NCBI GenBank assembly: GCA_028286465.1
Contig: JAQBRN010000020.1
Location: 1 to 50,503 of the forward strand
Length of the DNA: 50,503 nt
From: Parcubacteria group bacterium
GTDB taxonomy: Bacteria; Patescibacteriota; Minisyncoccia; Phycocordibacterales; Zambryskibacteraceae
Direction: 5' to 3'
The position numbers and the translations under genes were made by a program. Positions 8,415 to 15,808 of this stretch are shown here, in pieces (the stretch's first letter is position 1; every line of letters begins with the position of its first letter). Below the pieces are notes generated by a model. That model made no database searches, was not told the DNA's origin, and saw only the letters and a list, made by a program, of their open reading frames with translations.

Positions 8415-9167
8415 TTAGATGGTAGCCGCGATGTTCTGGCTCGGCCCGCCCGTCCCGAGAGACTGCGACTGGCTCGAGACGGATTGGGAAACGAACCCCG
8501 CGAGCTTGGCGAGCTTCGACTTGGTGGCATCACCGGCATCGATGTACTTCATGCCGGCTTCGGTCTCGAGCTTCGCGAGTTCGGTAGCGCAGAACTTGGT
8601 GTTCACGCCGACGGCGATAGCGATGAGCGATTCGATCTCTTCGCCCTTCGTCCCGCGTTCGATCTCCTTCTTGATCATCGTTGTCGTTGCGGACGACACG
8701 TTGTCGCCGCCATCGGTGATGACGATGACGATACCGTTCGCCAGGAAATCCTGGTCCATGAGCTGCTTGCCGTAAGCAAGCGTGGCGCCGACTGCCGAGA
8801 AACAGGCATCGTAGAGAGGCGTGAGTCCGTCAGGAACGATGTCCGGATACGAACTCGGATCGATATCTCCGAGCGGCTTGAAGCCGTGGATCTCGTCGAT
8901 CCCGTTCGGCAGGGCCGAATTGAAGAAGATAACCCTGACGAGAAGGTTCATCGACCGCGGCGACTTCTTACAGGAGTCAACGGCGGTAATGAGACAATCT
9001 CTCAGTTCCTTATCGAACCCCATGACGGACCCGGTCGTATCGACCGCGATGGTCACGAGCGTGTACTCCGTCGCGCCGAGCTCTCCGATCTTCGTGCCCG
9101 AGAACTTGAAGGCTTGCAGGCCTCGCACGGTTCCCGTTTGCATCGTCGCGTCCTTGAGGCGCGGCAT
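8415..9167 (-). CDS. von Willebrand factor A (vWA) domain protein, TerY-like
   Basis: 250 aa. It has a MIDAS-like VDTTGSV, then GLTPLYDA and IVIVITDGGDN. The SD AAGGAGA lies 5 nt upstream of the ATG. Confidence 0.8.
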   Translation of the reverse strand: MPRLKDATMQTGTVRGLQAFKFSGTKIGELGATEYTLVTIAVDTTGSVMGFDKELRDCLITAVDSCKKSPRSMNLLVRVIFFNSALPNGIDEIHGFKPLGDIDPSSYPDIVPDGLTPLYDACFSAVGATLAYGKQLMDQDFLANGIVIVITDGGDNVSSATTTMIKKEIERGTKGEEIESLIAIAVGVNTKFCATELAKLETEAGMKYIDAGDATKSKLAKLAGFVSQSVSSQSQSLGTGGPSQNIAATI

Positions 9168-9200
9168 GGTGTCTCCTTGTAAGAGGTGAGACTTCCTCGC

Positions 9201-10073
9201 TTACGTGAGGAAGTCCGTGGAAGTGATGAGCGTCATGCCGAGCTTCTGCATGTCCTTCTGCCACGCGTCCGCAATGGCCGGGAAATCCGGTCCGTTGGGA
9301 ACGGCGCCGACAGGGCTCATGCAATCGGTGATGAGCGCGAACTTATTCAGGTGCTCCGATCCGATGTTCTTGGCGATCTGATTCATCGTCGTCAAGAGAC
9401 AGTGGCTCGATGCTTCGCCGAGTGCGCCGATGATGTCGGCTTCGGCAAGGCTTTCGAGCACCGAGGTGTTGAGCTGCGTGCTCGGATCGTCCGGATCGGG
9501 AACTTCGGCCATCAGTGCGCCGAAATGTTCGGTGTGCGGATTCGATCCCTTGGTCACGTAGTCGACCGAGGCGAATTCCTTCTCCGACCAGCGCTGAAGC
9601 GCATCGTTGAGATCGTCCTGGACATTGTGTCCCCAGGTACCGATCTCGCAGTGATTCGTCCAGATCATGAGCGGATACAAACCGCCGGCTTCGAGCGCCT
9701 TCGCGTAGGCCAGTGCACGCGCACGCAGGCCAGGATGGCGCGGCGTCCAGATGCCGGCTTCGATATCGCTCACGCTGATGATGGTGAACGGAGCAGGCTG
9801 CTTGCCCTTCGCGTTCATCCAGTAGCCAGGGCGTTCGATGCCGATCCGGCGGTGGCTGTCGAGGGTGACCTTGATGTCATCGAGCTTGTGCCCGATGCGA
9901 TCGATCATTTTCGCGGCCCGCTTCATGTCGGAAACAGCGCCCTTGACGGGCAGCGCCGCAGTGCGGACGCGGCTCGTGCCGAGCGTTTCGACGAGCGGAG
10001 TACCATCGTCGTTCCCCATGAAATCGTTCTGGGGGTCGATGATAAGGAGGTGAACCTTGAGTCCTTTCGACAT
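9201..10073 (-). CDS. pncA: Nicotinamidase / cysteine hydrolase (long form), paralogue 1
   Basis: Isochorismatase-fold catalytic elements: IIDPQNDF (Asp), VTKG (Lys), EASSHC (Cys). The nicotinamidase-type motif IWTNHCEIGTWG (WPxHC-like) is present. The SD is AAGAGGA. Confidence 0.7.
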   Translation of the reverse strand: MSKGLKVHLLIIDPQNDFMGNDDGTPLVETLGTSRVRTAALPVKGAVSDMKRAAKMIDRIGHKLDDIKVTLDSHRRIGIERPGYWMNAKGKQPAPFTIISVSDIEAGIWTPRHPGLRARALAYAKALEAGGLYPLMIWTNHCEIGTWGHNVQDDLNDALQRWSEKEFASVDYVTKGSNPHTEHFGALMAEVPDPDDPSTQLNTSVLESLAEADIIGALGEASSHCLLTTMNQIAKNIGSEHLNKFALITDCMSPVGAVPNGPDFPAIADAWQKDMQKLGMTLITSTDFLT

Positions 10074-10141
10074 AGAGTCCTCTTAAGGGTAATGGGAACT
10101 GCGGGAAACTTCGGGTTCTTTCTATTCTGTTCTCAATGTAC

Positions 10142-10162
10142 TTAGTGTTCTAGTGACACTAT
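10142..10162. promoter_or_regulatory. Candidate NrtR operator, box 1 (TTAGTGT-tctagtg-ACACTAt)
   Basis: 21-bp palindrome with one mismatch. It overlaps the -10 (TATAGT, minus strand, 10158-10163) of the pncA-1 promoter. Confidence 0.65.
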
Positions 10163-10187
10163 ATACCCATGACCTATTTAGTGTCAA
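10158..10187 (-). promoter_or_regulatory. pncA-1 promoter, TTGACA-N18-TATAGT
   Basis: The minus-strand TTGACA (plus-strand coordinates 10182-10187) lies inside box 2. TATAGT (10158-10163) overlaps box 1. Confidence 0.5.
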
Positions 10188-10198
10188 ATCAACACTAA
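10178..10198. promoter_or_regulatory. Candidate NrtR operator, box 2 (TTAGTGT-caaatca-ACACTAA)
   Basis: Perfect 7+7 palindrome containing the -35 of the pncA-1 promoter. It lies 36 bp centre-to-centre from box 1. Confidence 0.65.
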
Positions 10199-10224
10199 GT
10201 ATCTGTGGATAACTTTTGATATAT

Positions 10225-10246
10225 AAAAACCGCATCGAAATGCGGT
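10225..10246 (-). terminator. Terminator of pncA-2
   Basis: Stem ACCGCAT (10229-10235) / ATGCGGT (10240-10246) with loop CGAA and a minus-strand T-run. It follows the stop codon directly. Confidence 0.7.
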
Positions 10247-10249
10247 GTA

Positions 10250-11110
10250 TTAACTCTTGTTGATTCTCCACTCGACCGATGTCGTGATGGTAGCGCCTAG
10301 ATCCTTCATTTTCCCGAACCAATCCCTAGTGAGCGCCGGGAAATCCGGGCCGTCGGGAACCGCAGGAACAGGGCTCATGCAGTCCGCAAGCATGGTGATG
10401 CGCTCGATCATCAGCGGATTTGCGTCCTTGATCTGCTCCACGGTCTCTCGGACACAATGGCTCGATGCCTCCCCTGCCACAATGACCTCGTCGGCCTCGA
10501 TGACCGCTTCGAATGCTGCTTCATTGAACATCGTGCTCGGATCTTCGGGATCCGGAACTTCCGCAGCGAAAGCGCCGAAATGCTCACTGAAGAGATTCGC
10601 ACCCTTGCTGATGTAGCTGATCGGACGAAGCGTCTTCTCAGACCAGCGCCCGACAGCGCGCCTTACGGCATGGTGGATGTTCGACCCCCATTCGCCGATA
10701 AGGCAATGCTCCGGCCAGATGGTGTGGCGCTTGCCCGCTGCATTGAGTTTCCGAAGATATCTCATTGCCCGAGCATGGAAGTGCGGATCCTTCGTCATCC
10801 AAGTGCCCTGGATCATCTCGTCGGCCGTGATCGAGTCGTACGGCTTCGGTTCTTCACCGTTTCGATTGTGCCAGAAGATCGGATGCGCGATGTGTATCTT
10901 GTTGTGGCCGTCGAGAGAGATCGTGATAGCGTCGATGTCGTCGCTATTCGCGCCGATATACTCCGCCAGGCGAAGCATGTCGTCATGCGAACCGGGTACC
11001 GGCAGAGCAGGCTTCTGCAGCCTGCCCGTGAGCGGATCGAGCGGCTGGTACGGAAGCGGCAGGTCGCAGAAGTGGTCCTGCGGATCAACGATCAAGAGAT
11101 GCGTGCGCAC
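10250..11110 (-). CDS. pncA: Nicotinamidase / cysteine hydrolase (long form), paralogue 2
   Basis: 286 aa, a clear paralogue of 9201-10073 (LIVDPQDHF, ISKG, EASSHC, IWPEHCLIGEWG). It uses a GTG start at 11110. Confidence 0.7.
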   Translation of the reverse strand: MRTHLLIVDPQDHFCDLPLPYQPLDPLTGRLQKPALPVPGSHDDMLRLAEYIGANSDDIDAITISLDGHNKIHIAHPIFWHNRNGEEPKPYDSITADEMIQGTWMTKDPHFHARAMRYLRKLNAAGKRHTIWPEHCLIGEWGSNIHHAVRRAVGRWSEKTLRPISYISKGANLFSEHFGAFAAEVPDPEDPSTMFNEAAFEAVIEADEVIVAGEASSHCVRETVEQIKDANPLMIERITMLADCMSPVPAVPDGPDFPALTRDWFGKMKDLGATITTSVEWRINKS

Positions 11111-11150
11111 ATGAGCCCTTTGCTAGTGTGGAAGGACGAATTCTTTCTGG

Positions 11151-11179
11151 TTTATAACAATATAAATACAAAATGTCAA
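11151..11179 (-). promoter_or_regulatory. pncA-2 promoter, TTGACA-N17-TATAAA
   Basis: Minus-strand TTGACA at plus-strand coordinates 11174-11179 and TATAAA at 11151-11156. It lies just downstream of the pncB terminator. No full palindromic box is present. Confidence 0.45.
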
Positions 11180-11182
11180 TAT

Positions 11183-11206
11183 AAAAACCCGGAGCATTGC
11201 TCCGGG
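11183..11206 (-). terminator. Terminator of pncB
   Basis: Stem CCCGGAGC (11188-11195) / GCTCCGGG (11199-11206) with loop ATT and a 5-nt T-run on the minus strand. Confidence 0.75.
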
Positions 11207-11210
11207 TGAT

Positions 11211-12503
11211 TCAAACATAGACTCGGCTCGACGAGAGGCCTTCGACTCCGAAGATCTTCTTGTAGCGCTCGATCTCCTCTTTCGGGCCGGTGACCTTGTC
11301 GAGGTTATCGGAAAGTTTTATACAAGGAAAATCATTTGCCCTGACGACTTTGCAGACCATCGAGAACGGACGCAGAAGCAGATTCGAACTCGTTCCGCGG
11401 AAGTCGTTCGTGAACAAGGATCCCCAGCCATCTGAGAGATTGATCTCGTCTCCGAGCTCCCGATCGATGCGCTTCATCGACTCGACATCGAGCCCGTCCG
11501 ACGGGATCATGAGCTTCGATTTCGGATCGATCTCCCACTTTCTGAGCCAGTTTATGTACATACGACCGCGAGAAACCGGATCGTTCGAATCCTGGCGCAT
11601 GCCCCTCCACGCTGCTACACATTCGGGTGCATTGTCGAGGAACTGCTTGGTGCCGTACGTGTCCGGAAGGAAGATCCTGAGCGACTGGTTATATGTCTTC
11701 TCCCACAACCGGAGCGGCTCATACTGCGCGTCGACCTTGTCCTTATCCGGCGCGAGCGCCACGAGTACCATGGGCATCTCGTGAGCATTCGTGCCGATCG
11801 GCGAGAGATCGTGACGGAACGCCATCCATGTGTTCGACGTTCCGATGAACTGCTCGCCCATCATGGACTTGGCAAGCCCGATGGCCCATTCCTGCCAGAG
11901 GAAGCTGTGACGCCTGCGCTGTCCGAAATCGGAGAACGTGATCCGCGGGAACTTTTGCAATTCCTCGAGCTTCCGCGACAGCTTGTCCATCGCTCGCGCG
12001 TAGACAAGCTCGAGCTCGTGCTTCGACATCGTCTTCATGACGGCGCGATAGTAGAGCTCCGAGATGACGGCGAGGGCGATCGTTTCCCACATCGAGACTT
12101 CCGCCCACTTTCCCGTGAAGGACAGTTCGATCTCCTTGCCCTTGCGCACGAGGCGATACGGCGGGAGCTTCAACGTCCTGAGAAAATCGAGATACCCCTC
12201 CTTGAACATGTAGTCCTGATGGAGGTTCATCCCGCGCAAGTAGTAGATATCCGTCCGTGAGAAGGTTAAGTCTCTCACGTAGTCGAGACTTTCTCTCAGC
12301 TGGTCTTCAGGAATGATCTCTCCGACCGGAATGTCCTTGTCTCGAATGATGAGCTTGAAGGTGACTTCCACATCGGGATAGTATTGCCAGATGACCTGGC
12401 CCATCGTGAACTTGTAGAAATCGATGTCCATGAGCGACCTGACGGGCGCACTGAACTCGGCCGCATTCATCCGGGCGACATCGGCGAAGTGAGTATTGCT
12501 CAC
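11211..12503 (-). CDS. pncB: Nicotinate phosphoribosyltransferase
   Basis: 430 aa. SLMDIDFYKFTMGQVIWQYYPDVEVTF matches the PncB N-terminal signature. It uses a GTG start preceded by AGGAGGA. Confidence 0.9.
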   Translation of the reverse strand: MSNTHFADVARMNAAEFSAPVRSLMDIDFYKFTMGQVIWQYYPDVEVTFKLIIRDKDIPVGEIIPEDQLRESLDYVRDLTFSRTDIYYLRGMNLHQDYMFKEGYLDFLRTLKLPPYRLVRKGKEIELSFTGKWAEVSMWETIALAVISELYYRAVMKTMSKHELELVYARAMDKLSRKLEELQKFPRITFSDFGQRRRHSFLWQEWAIGLAKSMMGEQFIGTSNTWMAFRHDLSPIGTNAHEMPMVLVALAPDKDKVDAQYEPLRLWEKTYNQSLRIFLPDTYGTKQFLDNAPECVAAWRGMRQDSNDPVSRGRMYINWLRKWEIDPKSKLMIPSDGLDVESMKRIDRELGDEINLSDGWGSLFTNDFRGTSSNLLLRPFSMVCKVVRANDFPCIKLSDNLDKVTGPKEEIERYKKIFGVEGLSSSRVYV

Positions 12504-12553
12504 AGGTCCTCCTGTGCTTCAAGTGAAAGAACACTAGACTTTTACCGGGCGAT

Positions 12554-12581
12554 ATAGTACCATTCCCAGTAAGATTGTCAA
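12554..12581 (-). promoter_or_regulatory. pncB promoter, TTGACA-N16-TACTAT
   Basis: Minus-strand TTGACA at 12576-12581 and TACTAT at 12554-12559. Confidence 0.5.
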
Positions 12582-12597
12582 TACAGGCGTACCCGCT

Positions 12598-12626
12598 TTG
12601 ACAACCCCATACATCTAGACTACTAT
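12598..12626 (+). promoter_or_regulatory. nadE promoter, TTGACA-N17-TACTAT
   Basis: TTGACA at 12598-12603 and TACTAT at 12621-12626. It is arranged back-to-back with the pncB promoter. Confidence 0.5.
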
Positions 12627-12628
12627 AC

Positions 12629-12649
12629 TTAGTGTAGTATAGACACTAA
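12629..12649. promoter_or_regulatory. Candidate NrtR operator, box 3 (TTAGTGT-agtatag-ACACTAA)
   Basis: Perfect palindrome starting 3 nt after the nadE -10. It covers the expected transcription start and ends 4 nt before the nadE ATG. Confidence 0.65.
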
Positions 12650-12653
12650 ATAA

Positions 12654-14582
12654 ATGCAAGACTTCGGCTTCATCCGCGCTTCGGCCATTACTCCCGATCT
12701 TCGTATCGGAGATATTTCATATAATGCAAAAGAGATCATAAAGACCGGGAAGGCGGCAAGCGCGGACGGAGCGTCCTTCATCGTCTTCCCCGAACTCTCC
12801 ATCACGGGGTATTCGATCGGCGATCTTTTTCATCAGGAACTCGTTTGGCAGAAGACGCTCAGTGCACTCGAGGACATACGGAAAGCCCTCGCTTCCTCCC
12901 CTGCTCTTGTCGTCGTGGGCGCCCCGCTTATCATCGGAGGCTTCCATGCCAATTGCGCCGTCGTTCTCTACAGGGGCCGCATCCTTGCCGTCATACCGAA
13001 GACCTACCTGCCAGGCTACAAGGAATTCTATGAGAAGCGCTGGTTCGCATCGGCGAAGGACATTACTGCGACAGAAATAGAGCTCGGAGGACAAATCGTC
13101 CCCGTCGGCACGGATATTCTCATTAAAGCCGCAGACAACATCATTTTCGGCATCGAGATCTGCGAAGACCTCTGGGGTCCGCTTCCTCCGAGTTCCTTTC
13201 AGGCCGTAGCCGGAGCGACCATCATCGGCAATCTCTCCGCATCGAACGAGCTCGTCGGGAAGTCCGCCTACAGGCGCGACCTTGTGAAGAACCAATCGGC
13301 TCGCTGCATCGCGGGCTACGTATACGCATCATCCGGCGTCCACGAATCCTCGACCGACCTCGTCTTCTCTGGGCACTCGCTCATAGCCGAGAACGGCACG
13401 CTGCTTAAGGAGAGCGAGCTTTTCCAGGATAAGTCGCAGATCATCTCCGCCGACATCGATGTCTCTCACTGCGTCGAAGATCGCATCCGTACGACAAGCT
13501 TCGCGGACTCTGCCAAGGAAATTCTTCATCGCCCGTTCCGAACCATCACTCTCGACGACTTCGTGCAAAAAGAAACGAAGGAACTTCTAAGGCCTCTGGC
13601 GAGAAATCCTTTCCTGCCGACAGACGATGCCAAGAAGCACCAGGTAGCCGAAGAAGTCTTTAACATCCAAGTGGCAGGGCTTGTTCAACGTTTGAGAGCA
13701 ACGAATATTAAAACTATCATCATCGGCCTTTCGGGCGGACTCGATTCGACCCTTGCCCTTCTTGTGGCTTTGAATGCAGCCAAGAAGCTCAACCTTCCAT
13801 ATAAAAACATCCGAGCCTTCACCATGCCGGGCTTCGGCACGACCAAGCGCACCAAGTCGAATGCGCATATCCTCGCAGAAGCTTCGAATATTTCCATAGA
13901 AGAAATAGACATCACCGAGGCAAGCAGGCAGCACTTCAAGGATATCCATCACGACGAGCGTATCGAAGATCCCACTTTCGAGAATGTCCAGGCTCGCTAC
14001 AGAACCATGATCCTTATGGACAAGGCCAATCAGTTGAACGGTCTCGTCTTGGGCACCGGCGACCTTTCGGAGATCGCTCTCGGCTGGGCCACCTTCAATG
14101 GTGACCACATCTCTCATTACAACGTGAATGTCGGCGTGCCGAAGACCCTTATCCGTCATGTGGTCTCGTGGGTTGCAGATACTTCAGACAATGCGACGCT
14201 TTCGAAAACTCTTAAGAGCATTCTCGACACCCCGATCTCTCCGGAGCTGAAGCGCGCAAAAGCTGGCAAGATCACCCAAAAAACCGAAGACCTTATCGGC
14301 CCGTATGAACTCCATGACTTCTTCCTCTATCACTTTATCCGCTGGGGTTCGAGGCCGCAGAAGATCCTCTTTCTCGCCGAAATTGCATATAAAGGCACGT
14401 ATTCGAAAGCGGAGATCAAAAAGTGGCTGACGCTCTTTATAAAAAGATTCTTCGGCAATCAATGGAAGCGCTCGGTAGCATCCGACGGTCCGAAGATCGG
14501 TTCCGTAGCCCTTTCCCCCCGCGGCGACTGGCGCATGCCTTCGGACGCAAGCGTCTCTCTCTGGCTCAAAGAACTCGACTAA
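12654..14582 (+). CDS. nadE: Glutamine-dependent NAD+ synthetase (CN-hydrolase domain + NAD synthase domain)
   Basis: 642 aa. The N-terminal nitrilase-type domain has FPELSITGY and EICEDLW. The C-terminal ATP-PPase domain has the motif GLSGGLDST. Confidence 0.9.
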   Translation: MQDFGFIRASAITPDLRIGDISYNAKEIIKTGKAASADGASFIVFPELSITGYSIGDLFHQELVWQKTLSALEDIRKALASSPALVVVGAPLIIGGFHANCAVVLYRGRILAVIPKTYLPGYKEFYEKRWFASAKDITATEIELGGQIVPVGTDILIKAADNIIFGIEICEDLWGPLPPSSFQAVAGATIIGNLSASNELVGKSAYRRDLVKNQSARCIAGYVYASSGVHESSTDLVFSGHSLIAENGTLLKESELFQDKSQIISADIDVSHCVEDRIRTTSFADSAKEILHRPFRTITLDDFVQKETKELLRPLARNPFLPTDDAKKHQVAEEVFNIQVAGLVQRLRATNIKTIIIGLSGGLDSTLALLVALNAAKKLNLPYKNIRAFTMPGFGTTKRTKSNAHILAEASNISIEEIDITEASRQHFKDIHHDERIEDPTFENVQARYRTMILMDKANQLNGLVLGTGDLSEIALGWATFNGDHISHYNVNVGVPKTLIRHVVSWVADTSDNATLSKTLKSILDTPISPELKRAKAGKITQKTEDLIGPYELHDFFLYHFIRWGSRPQKILFLAEIAYKGTYSKAEIKKWLTLFIKRFFGNQWKRSVASDGPKIGSVALSPRGDWRMPSDASVSLWLKELD

Positions 14583-14589
14583 ACTAATA

Positions 14590-14618
14590 TTGACTTTATA
14601 CTGAACTTGTAATATAAT
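14590..14618 (+). promoter_or_regulatory. Near-consensus promoter TTGACT-N17-TATAAT of the NDT-like gene
   Basis: TTGACT at 14590-14595 and TATAAT at 14613-14618. GGAGG at 14648-14652 precedes the ATG at 14657. Confidence 0.6.
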
Positions 14619-14630
14619 ACAAACAAGTTC
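14603..14630. repeat. Inverted repeat GAACTTGT-N12-ACAAGTTC bracketing the -10 box
   Basis: 8-bp perfect arms at 14603-14610 and 14623-14630. It is a candidate operator and is distinct from the TTAGTGT box. Confidence 0.4.
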
Positions 14631-14656
14631 TTTCCCAACCTCATCACGGAGGTCTC

Positions 14657-15187
14657 ATGCAGGAAACAGACAAGAAGAGACCCGGTATCGTTACCGTCGG
14701 CCTCTTCGGCACCTGTGGAGGCAGTAAGTGGCGCCATTCCTTCAAGGAGCGCTACAGCATGGACGGAATTCACTTCTTTGACCCACAGGTCGAGAACTGG
14801 GATCCGTCGATGGCCGCGATCGAAGCAGATCATCTGGCAGAGGACGAGATCATTCTCTTCCCTGTCACAAGCGAGACCTATGGCATCGGATCATTGGCCG
14901 AAACCGGCTTCTCGGTCCTACAGGCCATTCGGCTCGATGATCGGCGCGACTTCGTCATCATGATCGACATGCACCTTGACGAAGCGCTGCACGAAAACTC
15001 TCTCGCCGCAAAGGAGTCGCTGCGGGCACGAGCGTTGGTGCGCAAGCACCTTGAAAAGCTTCGTCTCTCGAACCTCTTCCTTGTCGACAACCTCGACGAG
15101 ATGCTCGCCGTGAGTCTGGACCTCTGCAAGGCTGCGAAGTTGAAGCAGGGGCTGCTCCAGTTCAACCCTCATCGCAGAGGCGTCTGA
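14657..15187 (+). CDS. Nucleoside 2-deoxyribosyltransferase-like protein (NDT-like, paralogue A)
   Basis: 176 aa. VTVGLFGTCGGSKWR ... DEIILFPVTSETYGIGSLAETGF matches the Rossmann-like NDT-like family pattern (family call from memory). Confidence 0.55.
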   Translation: MQETDKKRPGIVTVGLFGTCGGSKWRHSFKERYSMDGIHFFDPQVENWDPSMAAIEADHLAEDEIILFPVTSETYGIGSLAETGFSVLQAIRLDDRRDFVIMIDMHLDEALHENSLAAKESLRARALVRKHLEKLRLSNLFLVDNLDEMLAVSLDLCKAAKLKQGLLQFNPHRRGV

Positions 15188-15201
15188 GATTTCTTCAGAC
15201 A

Positions 15202-15234
15202 ATGCCGGACATCACAAGATGTCCGGCATTTTTC
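15202..15234 (+). terminator. Terminator of NDT-like gene A
   Basis: 11-bp stem ATGCCGGACAT (15202-15212) / ATGTCCGGCAT (15219-15229) followed by TTTT. Confidence 0.8.
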
Positions 15235-15240
15235 ATATCG

Positions 15241-15269
15241 TTGACATTAGATAATTCAAATAGTATAAG
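15241..15269 (+). promoter_or_regulatory. Promoter TTGACA-N17-TATAAG
   Basis: TTGACA at 15241-15246 and TATAAG at 15264-15269, immediately after the terminator. Confidence 0.55.
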
Positions 15270-15309
15270 TCAGGATAGATTGTTCACTTATTCATCCGCG
15301 GAGTGGTTT

Positions 15310-15783
15310 ATGTCCAGAGAAGTCGACCGCAAGTCAGAAGAAATCATGAAGCTTTTGGAGAAGGCGCCAATCTTCTCTCGGTTTGGTTTCGTACACATCC
15401 GCCCCGCACTTGAGGGCGAGCGTGTTATTACCAAACTAGCGAATGGTGCAGAAGAAACCGAAAACATTGCACAGAAAAATGAGTGGGTAGTAAGAAACCC
15501 CTCAGGTGAGGAGTGGATCATCGATACAGACACCTTCCGTTTCTATGAGCCCACCGAGGTTCCCGAAAAGTTCATTTCGAAAGGTTTCTGCCGAGCGGTC
15601 AAAAACCCTTTTGGCGAACCGATCGAGATCATGGCTTCTTGGGGATCGCGTCAGATCGGCGACGAGAACTGCATGATCGTTGATGCATGCAACGAAGATG
15701 CATCTTGGACTCACGGAGAACCCAAGATCATCGATGGAGATGCTTTCCAAGCCACGTTCACGCCGCTAACTACGAATAAGTAA
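15310..15783 (+). CDS. Hypothetical protein (157 aa)
   Basis: The track ORF starts at 15202 inside the upstream terminator. The first ATG after the promoter is at 15310 (MSREVDRKSEEIMKLLEK...). I recognise no family. Confidence 0.55.
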   Translation: MSREVDRKSEEIMKLLEKAPIFSRFGFVHIRPALEGERVITKLANGAEETENIAQKNEWVVRNPSGEEWIIDTDTFRFYEPTEVPEKFISKGFCRAVKNPFGEPIEIMASWGSRQIGDENCMIVDACNEDASWTHGEPKIIDGDAFQATFTPLTTNK

Positions 15784-15808
15784 AAGACTGGAATTTTTCC
15801 CAGTCTTT
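15783..15808. terminator. Bidirectional terminator between convergent orphans
   Basis: Stem AAAGACTGG (15783-15791) / CCAGTCTTT (15800-15808) with T-rich flanks in both directions. Confidence 0.65.

Noticed and set aside
9186-10145. A 319-aa plus-strand ORF
   Set aside because: It is antisense to the well-supported nicotinamidase gene and is Arg-rich and low-complexity. The ORFs at 10457-11209 and 10677-11114, opposite pncA-2, are rejected for the same reason.
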